The notes under the pieces were generated by a model. The model searched no databases. It was not told where the DNA came from and worked only from the letters and a program-made list of their open reading frames with translations. A stretch of DNA of 64,000 bases from Octopus vulgaris. Taxonomy: Eukaryota. Location of the stretch: the NCBI GenBank assembly GCA_951406725.2, contig OX597815.1:133424001-133488000 (forward strand), read 5' to 3'. Of this stretch, positions 53,454 through 64,000 are shown in pieces. The position numbers and the translations under genes are program-made. Numbering within the stretch: the first letter of the stretch is position 1; every line of letters begins with the position of its first letter.

Positions 53454-55341
53454 AAACACTTGCATATACATTCGCACAAGCACATAGTAATTAATATATA
53501 AGCGTACACACACATACAAACGGACATATACATACACACACATACGCACACAAGCATACATACACGTTCGTGAGTTGCCCCTTGCCGTAACAAATTTACA
53601 CAAAAGGTAAATAAACCAGAAGGGGGGGTGTCAATGTTTCATCGTTTCGGGGTCGATAAATTAAGTACCAATTACGCACTGGTGTCGAGGATTTTTTTCC
53701 CAATTTATATCACAGCTTCCGACAAGCTGGGGCATCCTTTTATGAAAAAATATTTCGCAAATTTTTACAAATGGCGGTGCCCCAGCATGGCCACTGCTCG
53801 TGAGCTGAAACTAGATAAAATAAAAAATAAAAATAATACGACTCACACTCCACGCGCAAACTCTAGACCGATTTAGGCATTTGTTTTGTTTTTGTTGTTT
53901 CTGGCCCTTCAAAACCATGGGAAAAGCCTTTTCGGTAAAAAAAATAAAGAAAATATAAAAAAAATATCGTTAATATTTTTATTGGGTGACGAAATTCATC
54001 GATTTAAGAGATATAGCTGTTATTTCTAGCACATGTAGAAGACAGAAGACAGACGAGAGAGAAAGGATGAATAGGACGTGTGCGTGTGGGTTTTTAGACG
54101 CAGCAAATAATTTGAGCTCGAATGCTGCGATTTCATTGGTTAAAATTCGTAGAATTAAACTACGTTAAAGTTACGAATTACAATTTTGTTTTCAATTTTG
54201 TTTACAATAATGTTTTCTTTTGACATATTCTACAAGTATACGAAGTTTCAAATTGTTTAGTTAACTAGAAAATTCCGTCCATCAAACAGAAAAAATCCCA
54301 CTTATCTTGGAAGAAGGACTTCCAGAATTAGGGTGGAGGGAATCCCACCAGAAATAGATGTGGTTTGGGTTGTGGCAGCTGTACTTCTAGGAAATAAAGA
54401 AGAAATAGCCATCCTCCAAGCTACAAAAACAGAAAATTTGATATGGAAAGGCCAAACACTGGACCTGATCATACACGGTACTGCAGAAACACTGGAAAAT
54501 ATGGTGGAAATGGTGACTATTGGAGATGTAGTGTTGAGAGTGTGGCTGGAGGGCAGAACCCCTCGTTGCTTTAAATGTGTCCAAAACGGTTGCATTAGAG
54601 CACACTGCCCTCTACAGAAGCAGAGAAGTCAGGAGGTTGTTGGAAAGGAGCTGGAGAAGGTGCAACAGGAAGAAAAGAGAAACGAAGAACAGTGGTTGGT
54701 AGCTGAAAGAAGAAAAAGGAAAAGGAAGAAAGAACAGAGTGAAGTAGAACCCCAAACCATACCTACCCCACTCATACCCTCTCAGACCCACCCTCTCCCA
54801 ACAGACACCAAATCCACCCATTCCCCTTCTACACAAAGCAAGAGAAAAAAGAAATACAAGCACACAAGGATCAACAAACTCTCCATCCAACTGAAAATTG
54901 CTTCGCGTGTATGATGGTTGAAGGCGTGGACAATAAACTGTTTAATAAGATAACAAAATGGAAGACAGCAAGATTTGTCCATGTCAAAGGATGGACAAAC
55001 ATTGATGGATGGCACTCATGTGTTCTGGTATCTGAAAACCAAAAAGACGAAATATTGACATTCAAGAGGGGTTATAAGTGTTGGAGGGTGATTTGTGATT
55101 TAAAGACGATACCAGACAATATAAAGTTCAAGAAGCTGACCAAGAAATATGGTATAGACATTTTAAAGGACTCGGAATTTAAAAGATAAAAGGAAGCAAG
55201 TAATGCTGCTCGAGGTGAGGCAAGTAGCTCATTTTCATTATCATTTTCATTATATCATTCATGTATATTATACGTTTAAATTTTATATTTTTTCGTTTTT
55301 ATATGTCCCCTCCTTGGCGCATTGTATGTAATAAAAAATCA
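52592..55341 (+). mobile_element. ORF1-only (HAL1-like) Tx1/L1-type non-LTR element, copy A, in the Gypsy 5' LTR
   Basis: One disrupted ORF from ~52713 to ~55189 with a VEG-x-x-P-R-CFKC..GxIRAHCP knuckle; no endonuclease or RT; ends AATAAAAAATCA; 22-bp TSD TCTCTCATTCCTTCTCACGCTT (52570-91 and 55342-63). Confidence 0.8.
53188..54298. mobile_element. GGAT...ATCC family element interrupting the ORF1-only retroelement
   Basis: TIRs of about 150 bp; perfect TSD CACTTATC (53180-87 and 54299-306); removing it restores the reading VLLPTYLGRRTS. Confidence 0.9.
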
Positions 55342-55665
55342 TCTCTCATTCCTTCTCACGCTTACGCTGAGAAATACTGCATAGTCAGCAGCTAACAGTG
55401 GACTCTTGTCCCGCTCTGACTTCACATGCTTATCTCCAGAGGTAATGAACCTTACATGTACGGAGTTAAAACAAACCAGGCGCTGCTATAAAGATGGTCA
55501 CTGAGAGAGAACCATATGAACGAGAACTCTGTAAATAAACAGCTATTGAATTGTACTCCGTTTGTGAACTTCTTCTTCGTGTTCCAGATCCTTGAGACTA
55601 CAAAATGATGATAATGGGAGAAGGAGATACTCCACAGGTATCATAAACTTCCATTCCATTATAAA

Positions 55666-58600
55666 ATGGTGATCCCGATCAAAAAACGAATTTTCGGCAG
55701 CCGAAAGCTTTATCGTTGTAGATGCCTCACCCAAACTACAGAATGGCAGTCTTCACTCGCATTCTTAACTAAAGATCAACAAACAACAGCTAAACCTTTT
55801 GTACTGCGGGATGCCTTCACCTCTTGCACGCTCAGCGAAAGAACTCATCACTGACCCACATCCGGACGCGACTTACGCGTCCGTCAAATCCGAGGTTCTC
55901 CGTCGGAACACAATCCTCGGAGAGTAAATTCCGAACATTGATGCAGGATGAAACATCTGAGTTTCTTCGTCATTTGCGAGAACTCAGCGACACTCCACTT
56001 AAGGACAATCCTCTGCTTAGGAAATTGCTTTTCTCTCGTCTACTGCCGAATGTCCAATCGATACTGGCCACAACGGCCGACTCCAATTCGCTCGATCATG
56101 GCAGACAAGATCATAGTTTACTATGCAGCCCGCACCTCATACCTGTTCGGACCCCGTAATAGCTTCCTCTACTACCCCAAAGTCTCCTACCTCGTCACAT
56201 GACAACATTTTGGGGAGAGTCGATGCATTAACACGTCGCATGGACACACTGTAGTGAGAACTCAATAGCTCTTGTCGTCCTTACAACACAAACTGTTCTA
56301 AGTCACGGCCGTCTACTTCTACTCCAACGGTTTCCAGTCTCAGCTGGTGGTACCATGCCACATTTAAGGACAAAGTCCGTCGATGCATCCAGTCCTGTTC
56401 GTTCAAGCTGTTGGGAAACTTGTTGCGGAAGATTTGGACACGTCAAATTCTTCCCACAATTTTTCATCTCATCGTGCATTCTTTGTTAAGGATCGTGTGT
56501 CTAACGAATAGTTCATGGTTGACACCGGATCTAGCTATTCTATTAGGCCTTTGCGTCTTACTTCAGACAAGCCGAAGCAATCTGCCATTAACCTGCACAC
56601 GGTGAATCTATCCCTGATAAAAACTTACGGTTAGGTCTCATTAAATCTAGATCTCAACCTTCGAGGGGATTTTAGGTGGGTTTTTGTTGTAGCAGATCTA
56701 CCGTACCCCATTCTGGGCGCGGAATTCTTAAATTCTTAAACCACTATCACTTATGAGAAGACGTCAGGCAACAGAGACTCGTGGATGATTCTACGTCTTT
56801 GTTTACGCCCACTCGGGTTACTACTAATGCTGTTCTCGACCCGTCAATTTTTACCGCTACTGCTGGTGACCAGTTCCACTCCCTGGCTTCTTTCCCAGAA
56901 CTGGTAGATCCGACTTTCAACTCTGTTAAAGTCACACACTCGACTTGCCATTATATCACTACTTCTGGACCACCCGTCTTTTCACGTCCACGGCGACTCG
57001 CCCCTGATCGGCTCAAAACGGTTCGATCTGAGTTTGAGCATATGCTTCAACTCGGCCTTATTCACCCCTCCACCAGCCCTTTGGCATCTCCTCTACATTT
57101 GGCATGGAAAGGGGATTCAGATTTTCGCTCGGCGGGGGATTACAGACGTTTGAATGCGATTACTGTTCCCGATCGCTATTCTATAAGGAATCTATAGGAC
57201 TTTTCTTCAAACTTGCATAGTTGTACTATTTTTTCCAATGTTGACCTCATCCGGGCTTATCATCAGATTCCGATGAACCCTGACGACATTCCCAAAACTG
57301 CCGTTACCACCCCTTTTGGGAGTTTTGAGTTCCTGCTTATGAGCTTCGGTTTGCGGAATGCAACGAGCATATTCCAGAGGTTTATTGACGAAGTTGTCCG
57401 TGAGTCAATCAAGAAGGAAATAGCGTCTGTTCCTCTGCTTGCACATCCGGTTCCTGATGCTCGTCTCTCTTTATCAGTTGATGCATCGCATTCTGGGGTT
57501 GGTGCTGTTTTACAACATACCGTCGATAATCAGGCTTCACCTTTGGCATTTTTTCCCTCGTCAATTAAAGCCAGCTGAACGTCGTTACAGTACGTTTGAT
57601 CATGAACTCTTAGCGATCTATCTGTCGGTTCATCATTTTCAACATCAATTCGAGGGCCGAGATTTTGTGATTTATACCGATCACAAGCCTCTTACGTTTG
57701 CTCTGTCATCTAAATCGCACAAACACTCGTCTCGTGCTTTTCATCACCTGGACTACATTTCCCAGTTCACAAGTAACATTCGGCATATACCTGGAACAGA
57801 GAACGTACCTGCTAACACACTCTCTCATCTCTCTGTGTGTTCTCTTTCATCTCCTGCTGCAATCGATTTAACTGCCATTGCACAGGATCAGCCAGCTCTG
57901 GACACATTGGATCTAACTTCTACCAAGTTGTCCTGTTGCAAGTTTACCTATCTTCCACTTCCATCTGCTGAAGGTACAATCCTTTGTGACAAAGCTAATG
58001 GTTCTCCCAGACCATTTGTACCTAAAAACCACAAGCATTCCGTTTTTGATGCTTTGTATTCACTGCCACATCCTGGCATTGCTGCCTCGGTGAAGTCTAT
58101 TACGGCTCGGTTTTTTCTGGCTTAATATGCACCAGATGATCACTGCTTGGGCACGCTCTTGTGTGAAATGCCAGCGTTCTAAAATCCACAGGCACATTCG
58201 CGCTCCTCTTGGACAGTTTTCTCCGCTGGAGACCCGCTCTTGCCATGTCCACATTGATCTGGTTGGACCATGGCCTGTCAGTCACAGTTTCTCTTTCATA
58301 TTGACATTCGTCGATCGTCTCTCTCGTTGGCCTGAAGCCATTCCTGTAGCGGGTGGACATTTCTGCTGAGTCAGTCGCTCGAGCTTCCTTTTCTAACTGG
58401 ATTGCTTGCTTTGGTGTCCCAGCTAAAATAAACATTGATCGTGGACGCCAGTTCGAAGCTTCCTTATTTCGTGAATTATCATGAATCCTAGACGTTCATC
58501 ACATTCGACTAGCTACCGTCCAGCTTCTGACGGGATGGTCGAACGTTTTCACGAGCAACTGAAGGCTGCTGTACACACCACTCCTGATCCGCAGTCTTGC

Positions 58601-58962
58601 CTATTGTTCTTCTTGGTCGTCGCACTGTTGTTAAGACAGATTTAGGTGTCTCCTCTGCCGAACTCTTTTATGGTACCACTCTGGCACTTTCTGGTTCAAT
58701 GTTAGCGCCAGACAATTCATCGCATCCTGATCCAACGTCGTATGTCACCAGACTTTGCTCGTATTTCTCGAGTCTTCCACCCATGCATCCACGTGACTAG
58801 TCTATTCCCTCTTACGCCCGACCGGACATTGACAAATGGACTCGTGTTTTTGTTCGGAATGATTCTGTCAGAGGACTGCTCGTTTCTTCCTATAAAGGAC
58901 CAGTTCGCATTCTATCGCGCACACCCAAAACTTTTAGTCTCGACATCAATGGTTGGGCAGAC
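55666..58962 (+). pseudogene. Gypsy gag-pol pseudogene (gag, protease, RT with internal deletion, RNase H, integrase)
   Basis: Protease FMVDTGS (~56512); RT DYRRLNAITVPDRY, AYHQIPM and KTAVTTPFG; the YxDD region is deleted at ~57400; RNase H DAS..GVGAVL, ELLAIY and TDHKPL; integrase HPG..CVKCQ and HIDLVGP. Confidence 0.92.
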
Positions 58963-60282
58963 ATGATGAAAGAAACCATTGTTTACAAAGTATATGCGGT
59001 AGAAGAAAAAAAGGTAGAACAAGTTGAGGCAGAAATATTTGTGAAAGCGTTAAACTCGGTACACAAGGATATTGCGTTCATGTCTAGAGGAAACAAATTT
59101 GGGACAGTAGTTGTCCAATACAAGACAGAAGAAATAGCAAGGAGGCAGGCAGGAAACACAATAAAGGCAAATAAAGTGGTACTACTGCTCACGTACCTTG
59201 GAAGGAGGACGTCACTGATAAAAGTCGAGGAAATCCCACCAGACATAGACGTGGCTTGGGTCGTGGCGGCTATCCTTTATGGAAGCATAGAGGAGGTGGC
59301 CGTCCTCAGAAACTGAGGAAGCAAGATAGAAAGGGGAGAAATTAGAACTCGTGGTGCAGGCAGATATGGAAACATTGGAAAAGTTAGCTGAAACAGTAAC
59401 CGTGGGAGAAGTGATTCTGAGAGTATGGGTGGAGGGCAGGATACCTCGGTGTTTTAAATGTGGCCAAGAAGGCCACATTAGAGCACACTGCCCTCTGCAG
59501 AAGCCAAGTGCAGAAAAGGTAGAGAAGTCTGAAAAGGAACAAGAGGTGCAAATGGAGGAAAAAGAGAGATATGAAGTATGGAGGATGTATGAAAAAGAGA
59601 GAGAGGAAGTATGACAGAGGGAAGACGAAAGAAAAGGAAGAAAGGTCAATATGAAGTGGAACCCCAAGCCATCGCCACCCCACCCACACCTGCTGAGACC
59701 CACTCTCTCTACGCAGATACCAAACCCACCCGTTCCCTTCCTTTACAAATTAAAAAGAAAAAAGAGGAGAAACAGACGTAAAATACAAAAAATCTCCTCC
59801 CCAGTGAAACAAGATATGTATGTGCATTAACGGATGATGCGGATGAGGAACTGATCAATGAGGTGACTGGGTGGAGGACAGCAAAATTTGTGGATATGGA
59901 GGGACAGGCAAGTAGAGTGGGTTAGGACTTCTGCGTGTTGGTATCGCAATGTCAAAGGGATGCAAATGTGAAACATAAGAAGGGACATAAATACTGCAAG
60001 TTGGACATGGACCTAAAAAGATACCAGTAAGAATACGGTACGAGGTACCAAAAGATAATTTTGGTCTGGACATGCTAAAAGTAACAGGACTAAAAAAAAA
60101 GTAAGCGACGCTGCTAGAGGTGGGGCTGGCAGCTCATTTTCATTTAATCATTTTTCATGAATCATACATGTTGTCATATGTTAATTTTGTTTTATTTTAT
60201 TTTTAATTTTTGTGTTATATGTCCCCCACATGTGTTTGTATTGTCCCCTCCTTGTTGGCGCATTGTGTGTAATAAAAAATCA
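58963..60282 (+). mobile_element. ORF1-only element, copy B (5' part deleted), in the Gypsy 3' LTR
   Basis: ORF pieces homologous to copy A with an intact CFKCGQEGHIRAHC knuckle; same 3' junction AATAAAAAATCA|TCTCTCATTCCTTCTCACG. Confidence 0.8.
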
Positions 60283-60666
60283 TCTCTCATTCCTTCTCAC
60301 GTTTACGCTGAGAAATACTGCGTAGTCAGCAGCTAACAGCGGACTCTTGTCCCGCTCTGAATCCACATGCTTATCTCCAGAGGTAATGAACCTTACATGT
60401 ACGGAGTCAAAACAAACCAGGCGCTGCTATAAAGATGGTCACTGAGAGAGAACCACATGAACAAGAACTCTGTAAATAAACAGCTATTGAATTGTACTCC
60501 GTTTGAGAACCACTTCGTGTTCCAGCTCCTTGAGACTACAAAATGATTATAATGGGAGAAGGAGATACTGCACAGGTATTATAAACCTTCCATTCCATTA
60601 TCTACTAATGCAAAATGTCAATTTAAAAACATGTATTTTCCAGAAAGTTACAGGGAAACAAACTCG

Positions 60667-61320
60667 GGATCTTTTCCTTTTGAACGGCAGATGTCAACTA
60701 AACACTTTAGTTAACTAAATACTTTTAAACTTCGTATACTGGTAGAATGTGTTTATAAAGCATAATTTTCTCTTGGTTTCATTGAGAAAATTCTATAGTT
60801 TGTAAGATATTTCGTCTGCAAATTCGAGCATTTCGGCAATTTTAACCAATCGATTACCTCCATTCAACTAAAATCATTTGCTGCGTCTAAAACTGAGACA
60901 ACATCCTGTAACTAACCTTAAACCTCCCCCTAACCCTAACCCTAACCCAAAATTTTTTTTCTTAATTGTTAAATTAATTTAATTCCATTGCTTTAGTTTT
61001 TTTTTACACGCGTAACAATTAAATTAATTTAACAATTAAGAAAAAAAAATTTAGGGTTAGGGTTAGTTAGTTGGGGGGGGGGGGGGTTAGGGTTAGTTAC
61101 AGGATGTTGTCTCAGTTTTAGACGCAGAAAATGATTTTAGCTCAAAAGAGAGCATAGGATTGGTTAAAATTCGAAAAATTAAACTACGTTAAACAAATTA
61201 CAATTTTCTCAAGAAAGCCAAAAGAAAAAGATGTTTTATTTTGACACATTCTACCAGTATACGAAATTTTAAAGTGTTTAGTTAAGTAGAAATTGTCTGC
61301 CGTTCAAAAGGAAAAGATCC
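60667..61320. mobile_element. GGAT...ATCC family foldback element with internal (CCCTAA)n/(TTAGGG)n
   Basis: TIR GGATCTTTTCCTTTTGAACGGCAGA / TCTGCCGTTCAAAAGGAAAAGATCC; arms extend almost to the centre; TSD degenerate. Confidence 0.85.
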
Positions 61321-63380
61321 CCAAATCAGTGGGATGGAGGCGATTTGCAATTATGCTCCTACAATTGGCCAGGTGTCCCATAAAATAATATTCTTATGTG
61401 GTAAACTTATATTTTTATATAACAGTTCCAAAACACAATAAACTGAAAAAGAAGCCAAACCAAAAAAAAAAAAAAGAAAAAAAAAGGCCACTTAAAATCG
61501 GGAATAGAATGTTTGTAAATACACTTTTTTTGTAACGTAAAACTATTAAAATTAGATTTTAATGGTCGAGTCTTAATAAACACCATATAACTACCTTTGT
61601 TTGAAAATATAAATTTACCTTTTTATGTATTCAAAAGTTGTGAGTTGTAGCTTAACCCATACCCATCCCTGATCGGGCAGACCTGTGACCATCCCTTCCC
61701 TTTTAAAGAATATGTAGTTACTACATTATCCAAAGTGTCCTTTCTTTATTTTAAGAGAGGGTGTAATTTAAGGTATATTTGACTGCTATTTCTAGCTGAT
61801 TCGAGCGACATCACAGAGGCTCCTCCGATACAAGCGACATAGATATTCGGAATAGATATTTGAACTGAAAACTATTTATTTTCATCTCGTTCTGAATTCA
61901 ATTACCACCGTATTCAAGTTCACTTTTCATCAGTTCGGAGACGTCAAAATAAACGCTAGTTGTTTAACCCCCTGGGCAATCTTAACGAAGTAAACCCATA
62001 TTTAGCTCATCGGTTTATTTTTGATGGAGATTGGGCTGCTATTTCTAGCCTATAGAGCGACCACTTCGCTAGCTTCAATAAGTGTTAGCAGTGTGTTATA
62101 AAACTCGAAATTTCAATCAAATGTACGCTCTCTTCCCTATGAAAATTACTCCAGTGCCTTGTCAAAAAGAAATCAATATTTTTATATATTTATTCATGGA
62201 AGCAAAAAAAAAAAACCCCAAAAAAACCGGAATACATCTCATTATTGCGTGTTGAAATATAATTCTTGATGGTAATATAAATAGCCAGTAATGATTGGGT
62301 TATTTTTAAAACTGAAATTCCCTGTTAAAACAATGAGATATAGGAAAAATGAAGTGGTGGTGGAAGGCAAAGCAGTTTGAAAAAGACACGCCTATTGTCA
62401 TCGGAATGCTACACGAACAGGTGGTTGGTTGACTGCTGTGCCTGATTAACGGTTTGTGTAAATCAAATTCAGTAAAAAAAAAGTATATATACATATATAT
62501 ATAATAAAAATACTATGCGCAGGAGGTAAATATGTAGAGGGAAGTGTCATCAACAATGACTCAGCTTTTATCAAATAACATGAGAAAGTACTTGATTTAA
62601 AAGAAGAGCTAAGGAAGAAAGATGTGACCGATTCAATGGAAAGTTCACTGTCAGGGATTTTGGCGCGGTTAAAAACACGTAAGGATTCATGCTAGAATAG
62701 TTACAATTGTACACACTTTCTGATATAAACCCTTATTTCCCTCTAGTTTGTTGATATTTGTTTTCATTTGGCGCAAAGGCAATGTCAAATAAAGTATAAT
62801 ATTCCAGAAACTAGCGATGGCCTACATTGGCGTTTGTGTGGGTGTAAACAGTTGAAAAACCCAAATAAATTGGTTTGCCGCGAGGAAGTGGGGATCATTC
62901 TAACATTTCAGACAGAGCCCTTCGTCGGAATGCGATGAAATAAATTGGTTGTCTCTTTACGTTCTGGATTTATATCCTACAAGGGTTTTTACTTTGCCTT
63001 TCATCCTTCTGAGTGAGAGTGACAAAAATACGCAGTATGACGCGTATACAGTGTTAATTTTGTTTTAAAATTCAGGTTCAGATTTGTTGTTCTTACAAAA
63101 TAGTTCAAGATTAAAAGGATTATGAAGCAGGTGCTCCTGTATATCTATATATACTCCTTCTCTCTCTTTCATTCACGCATACATAGACTGTGTGTCTGAG
63201 CGTGCGTCATATGCCAAATAAACTTACTAATTAGCTAATATCGAGCCCAATAATTCTAATACCACTAGAACTCTGATATACTGCAGCTAATAACCATGTA
63301 AAAAAAATATTAAAAACTTTTATCTTAGTTCCAATTAAATTATAAGACCCTTAAGACATAAGCATAAAATGAAGCAACTG

Positions 63381-63671
63381 AAGGAACAATAAAACTAGAT
63401 TTAGTCCTAGAGCAGACAAAAGAACCCTAAAAACACCAGGACAAAAATAGGGATACACTCAATATAATGAACACAGTCATGACCGAACCAAAAGGGAGCA
63501 TATGAACAAGTAGTAGCTACACATCACAATAACAATAGTTTTAATATAAAGGTGCATAGACATCCCATCATCAGCTGCTGCATAGGAATTCATTATAGCA
63601 TTTCTCTCTCTCTTTGTCTCTCTCTCGCGCGCTATCTAGCTATCCATCTCTCTACACCCTCTTCCTCTCCC

Positions 63672-63766
<95 letters not shown>

Positions 63767-63895
63767 TTTTTTTTAGAAAAACATAAATCCGGAGAAGCAC
63801 ACTCTATAGGTAGTTGAATGTATCTCCATTTTGGTCCTGGTATTCTTAGGGTTCTTTTGTCTGCTCTGGGACTAGGTCTAGTTTTATTGTTCCTT
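63381..63895. repeat. 82-bp inverted repeat pair flanking a (CT)n(AT)n microsatellite
   Basis: 63381-63462 vs the reverse complement of 63814-63895, roughly 90% identical. Confidence 0.8.
63676..63762. repeat. Compound (CT)n(AT)n microsatellite (others: (TA)n 49068-49120, (CA)n 50607-50648, (CA)n(CT)n 53396-53450, (ACAT)n 63914-63955)
   Basis: Directly visible. Confidence 0.95.
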
Positions 63896-64000
63896 GTTGT
63901 TTAACCAGTAATATACATACATACATACATACATACATACATACATACATACATGCATATAGATAGATACAAACGGAGTGCGGTGAAAAAACTGTCGCCT

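Larger units (their letters stand above)
52413..60602 (+). mobile_element. Ty3/Gypsy LTR retrotransposon, degenerate, with both LTRs interrupted
   Basis: 5' LTR starts TGTAGCG at 52413 (segments 52413-52591 and 55342-55663); PBS-like TGGTGATCCCGA at ~55667; 3' LTR remnant 60283-60602 is about 95% identical to 55342-55663; candidate TSD TACT (52409-12 and 60603-06). Confidence 0.85.

Noticed and set aside
54333-54914. Host zinc-knuckle gene
   Set aside because: Intronless, disrupted, TSD-flanked and duplicated at 59 kb, so it is retroelement ORF1.
60925-61100. Telomere or telomere fusion from inverted CCCTAA/TTAGGG runs
   Set aside because: Only about three units per side, and they are the arms of a foldback transposon.

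Overview
AT-rich animal genomic DNA, most likely a coleoid cephalopod such as Octopus. That assignment is inferred from remembered repeat families, not from a search. The only host gene is the 5' part of a lysine-specific histone demethylase 1A (KDM1A/LSD1) on the minus strand. Eight GT-AG coding exons run from ATG 34122 down to 1056 with consistent phases and encode a low-complexity N-terminus, the NLS, SWIRM and the start of the FAD-binding amine oxidase domain; the gene continues past the left edge. The rest is nested transposable elements: RTE LINEs, a decayed Tx1/L1, a mariner, a Gypsy LTR element, 8-bp-TSD foldback elements, hAT and piggyBac MITEs, and tRNA-SINEs. Three observations stand out. 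(1) Two divergent ORF1-only (HAL1-like) non-LTR elements end at the same nucleotide in both LTRs of one Gypsy element, suggesting an LTR-targeting retroelement. (2) A ~0.7 kb terminally redundant element carries a degenerate hammerhead ribozyme. (3) A C4HC3 PHD-like finger sits inside the RT region of the RTE LINE. All alignments and identities were done by eye.
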